Of a stretch of DNA of 64,000 bases, positions 61,410 to 64,000 are shown in pieces. The notes beneath the pieces are model-generated. The model ran no database searches. It was not told the DNA's origin and saw only the letters and a program-made list of their open reading frames with translations. Each line of letters starts with the position of its first letter. The stretch's first letter is position 1. A program made the position numbers and the translations under genes. The stretch lies in the NCBI GenBank assembly GCA_963749495.1, contig CAVVMW010000023.1, positions 192,001 through 256,000 on the forward strand, in the 5' to 3' direction. This DNA comes from an uncultured bacterium (lineage in GTDB: Bacteria; Verrucomicrobiota; Verrucomicrobiia; Limisphaerales; UBA8199).

Positions 61410-64000
61410 ATGGGGAAATGTCGAATGCTTATTGGCTTGCTCGCCGCGCTGAGCCTGGCCGCCTTGGCTGCCGAGGACAGGGCCGTCCTCGAAAACGCCT
61501 TCGTAAAGTACACGGTCTCGTCTGACGGAAAGAACATGGGATTTGTCAACCGTGTGACCGGTGTTGACTATTTGCGCCGGGAGCCTGTCTCGGCCTGCGC
61601 CCTGGTCCGCCGGGACGGGAAGGAATATCCCGCAACCTCGGCCGCCCTCGCCAATGGCCGCCTGGCGCTGCGCTTCGGCAATGCCGGAGTCGAGGCCGTG
61701 GTCAAGGTCGAACCACGGGCGTCCTGGATTCGGCTGACTGTGGAATCGGTGAAGGGCGCCGAGATCGAGTCCCTGGTGTTTCTCAATGTTCCGCTCATGC
61801 TCAACGGCAAGCCGGAGGAATCCTTCGGGGCATGCGCGCTTTCACTGAACCTCATCACGCGGGTGGACCAGTTGCCCGCGCTCCAGAGCGAACTCCGGGC
61901 GGCCGCTCACCGGAAGTTCGGCATCGTGGGAGCGAAGGTGGCCCTGGTTGGCATGGCGCCAGGCCGAATGCTGGCGACGCTCAAGGAGGTGCTCCTGGAG
62001 GCTGACGAAATGCCGCTTTGCAAGGTGGCCGGGCCGTGGGCCCGGGAGGTCCCTTTCAACCACGGCTCCTACCTGTTCAACTTCGGGTCCTTGACGGAGG
62101 CAACCGTTGACGACTGGATCGAAATGGCCAGAAGCCTTGGCTTCACCCAGATCGACAACCACGGCGGCAGCGCCGGCTTCTTCCGCTTCGGGGATTTCGA
62201 GCTCAACCGTGACAAGTGGCCCGAGGGCTGGGAGAGCTACAAGCGTATCGTCGCCCGCCTTCACACTGCGGGCATCGGTTCGATCTTCCACACTTACGCC
62301 TTCTTCATCAACAAGCACTCGAAGTATGTGGGCCCCATCCCTGACAAGCGCTTGGATGCCTTCCGCACCTTCACGCTGGCTGCGGACGTGGACGCCGATG
62401 CGGACACGATCCCCGTGAACGAGCCCACCGCCGGGATGAGCACCTTGACCGGGTTCTTCGAACACAACAGCGTAGTGTTGCACCTGGGCAATGAGTTGGC
62501 CACCTTCGGCGCCGTCAGCAAGGAGCCGCCCTGGCGCTTTACCGGCGTCAAGCGGGGCGTGTTTGGGACGAAAGCCGCGCCCCATGAGAAGGGCACGGCG
62601 GCGCGCCACTTGAAGGAGTGTTTTGGCCTGTTTGTGCCCGACCCGGAGTCCTCGCTGTTCACCGAGATCGCGGCAAACCATGCCGAGGTGGTGAACCACT
62701 GTGATTTCGACGGCATCTATTTGGACGCCATAGATGGCAGCTCCATCCTGCGCGGCGGTGACGAGTGCTGGTATTGGGCGGACAAATTCGTCATGGAGAT
62801 ACAGAAGCGCCTGAAGAAACCCGTGGGCATGGAGATGAGCGCGATGTGGCACCACTTCTGGCAGTACCGGACGCGCTGGCAGGCCTGGGACTATCCCCAG
62901 CGCGGTCATAAGCGATTCGTCAACCTGCACGCCGTGGCCGTCAACGGGGGCCTGCTTCTGCCCCTGCACCTCGGCTGGTGGAACTTCCAGTCCTTCAACC
63001 CGCCGCAGATCGAGCCGGCCTACCCCGACGTCATCGAGTGCCTCGGGGCCAGGCTCGTCGGCTGGGATGCCGGCATCTCCCTGACCGGAGGCGTGGACCG
63101 CGAGCAACTCCGCAACGTTCCCCTCTTTCGGCGGGCAGTGGACACGCTCCGGGCCTGCGAGGAAATCCGCCATGCCGGAACCTTGGACGAGGCCGCCAAG
63201 GCGAAGCTCAGAGAACCGGGCGGCGAATTCTCGCTCTTCACCGATGCCGACGGGAAGCGCCGCTTCCGCCGCTCGCATTCCGAGGCGCACACCGCTGCCA
63301 TTGCCGAGCCGTGGACGCTCTCGTGGTCCGTAACGAATCCTTTCGCCGAGCAGCCCATGACAGTGCGCATCGAGGCGCTCATGTCCGCCGGCTCCAACGA
63401 TGAGCCTGGAGCCGTTGTCCTCGGCGGCCTCGCGGGCGAGGACGCCGCCGCCTGGAAGGCAAGCGCGGCCCAGGGCGTCGTGGTCTCGCTCGCCGCTGCA
63501 GCTTCCGGCAGCAGTTCCCCTGGCGCGTTCATCACGGCCACAAACAGCGGCAAGATCGATCGCCGGGCAGCCTGGGCCTGCTGCCGGAAACAGTTCAAGC
63601 CGGCCTTGAACTTGAAGCAATGCCAGGCGCTCGGCCTGTGGATTCAAGGGGACGGCTTGGGTGAAATCATCGCCGTTCGCCTCGAAAGCCCGCAGCACCT
63701 GGCCTTCGGCGCCGTGGCCGATCGCTACATCACCGTGGATTTCACCGGCAAACGGTGGGTCACTCTGGTGGAAACCGAATCCGCCCGCTGGAGCGACTTT
63801 ACTTGGGACGACGGCAAGGGGCTCTACAACGTCTATCGTGAGACCGTCGATTTCGGCACCATCGAGTCAGTGGCCATCTGGTGCCAGAACCTCCCGCCGG
63901 GGAAGGAGGTCAGGTGCGGCATCGGCCCAATCAAAGCGCTGCCGATGCTGCCAGGCACGCTCAAGGACCCAGCCATCACTATAGACGGGATGACCACGGT
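61410..64000 (+). CDS. Secreted hypothetical protein, possible TIM-barrel glycoside hydrolase (3' end outside window)
   Basis: Manual translation MGKCRMLIGLLAALSLAALAAEDRAVLEN...GSYLFNFG...FDGIYLDAIDG; open to the window end. Confidence 0.75.
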   Translation, partial: MGKCRMLIGLLAALSLAALAAEDRAVLENAFVKYTVSSDGKNMGFVNRVTGVDYLRREPVSACALVRRDGKEYPATSAALANGRLALRFGNAGVEAVVKVEPRASWIRLTVESVKGAEIESLVFLNVPLMLNGKPEESFGACALSLNLITRVDQLPALQSELRAAAHRKFGIVGAKVALVGMAPGRMLATLKEVLLEADEMPLCKVAGPWAREVPFNHGSYLFNFGSLTEATVDDWIEMARSLGFTQIDNHGGSAGFFRFGDFELNRDKWPEGWESYKRIVARLHTAGIGSIFHTYAFFINKHSKYVGPIPDKRLDAFRTFTLAADVDADADTIPVNEPTAGMSTLTGFFEHNSVVLHLGNELATFGAVSKEPPWRFTGVKRGVFGTKAAPHEKGTAARHLKECFGLFVPDPESSLFTEIAANHAEVVNHCDFDGIYLDAIDGSSILRGGDECWYWADKFVMEIQKRLKKPVGMEMSAMWHHFWQYRTRWQAWDYPQRGHKRFVNLHAVAVNGGLLLPLHLGWWNFQSFNPPQIEPAYPDVIECLGARLVGWDAGISLTGGVDREQLRNVPLFRRAVDTLRACEEIRHAGTLDEAAKAKLREPGGEFSLFTDADGKRRFRRSHSEAHTAAIAEPWTLSWSVTNPFAEQPMTVRIEALMSAGSNDEPGAVVLGGLAGEDAAAWKASAAQGVVVSLAAAASGSSSPGAFITATNSGKIDRRAAWACCRKQFKPALNLKQCQALGLWIQGDGLGEIIAVRLESPQHLAFGAVADRYITVDFTGKRWVTLVETESARWSDFTWDDGKGLYNVYRETVDFGTIESVAIWCQNLPPGKEVRCGIGPIKALPMLPGTLKDPAITIDGMTT

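Overview
High-GC bacterial DNA, probably Verrucomicrobiota subdivision 3 (Pedosphaerales/Limisphaerales-like). This is inferred from the C-terminal 'F(Y/F)R' Ig-like tails, a VPEPTT...LLPFG sorting tail and many palindromic REP-like families. About ten long genes are split by single-base frameshifts, most likely long-read indel errors. Left to right: (1) 1-2.5 kb, corrinoid methyltransferase cluster (UroD/MtaA-like, Hcy-methyltransferase domain, B12-binding protein). (2) 2.5-12.4 kb, minus-strand anaerobic electron-transfer cluster: solute-binding/DsrE fusion, Hmc/Hyb-like NrfD, 4Fe-4S, 11-heme and small TM subunits, an 11-heme cytochrome c/cytochrome b fusion (CbcL-like), a 7-heme NapC/NirT protein (ImcH-like) and a monoheme cytochrome. 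(3) 13-21 kb, methyltransferase, VapBC, GH29 fucosidase, malectin CAZyme, Gfo/Idh/MocA oxidoreductase. (4) About 21-38.2 kb, a decayed island downstream of tRNA-Lys(CTT). It carries DUF2806, two Frpo-like hairpin repeats, a type IIG R-M enzyme, a self-contained operon of peptide + archaeal-type PurD with altered N-terminal motif + orphan gene, truncated radC, HigBA, AraC, an ASPIC remnant and a LamG protein. (5) 38.8-64 kb, PEP-CTERM protein, clan GH-A hydrolase, ABC-ATPase + TOPRIM-like pair, M23/PKD protein, an approximately 4,100-aa Gly-rich/CARDB/RHS/Kelch protein and a partial secreted protein. The best candidates for an undescribed system are the island PurD-like operon, the ImcH/CbcL/Hmc-like cluster and the ATPase-TOPRIM pair. 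All family calls come from motif recognition; no database searches were run.
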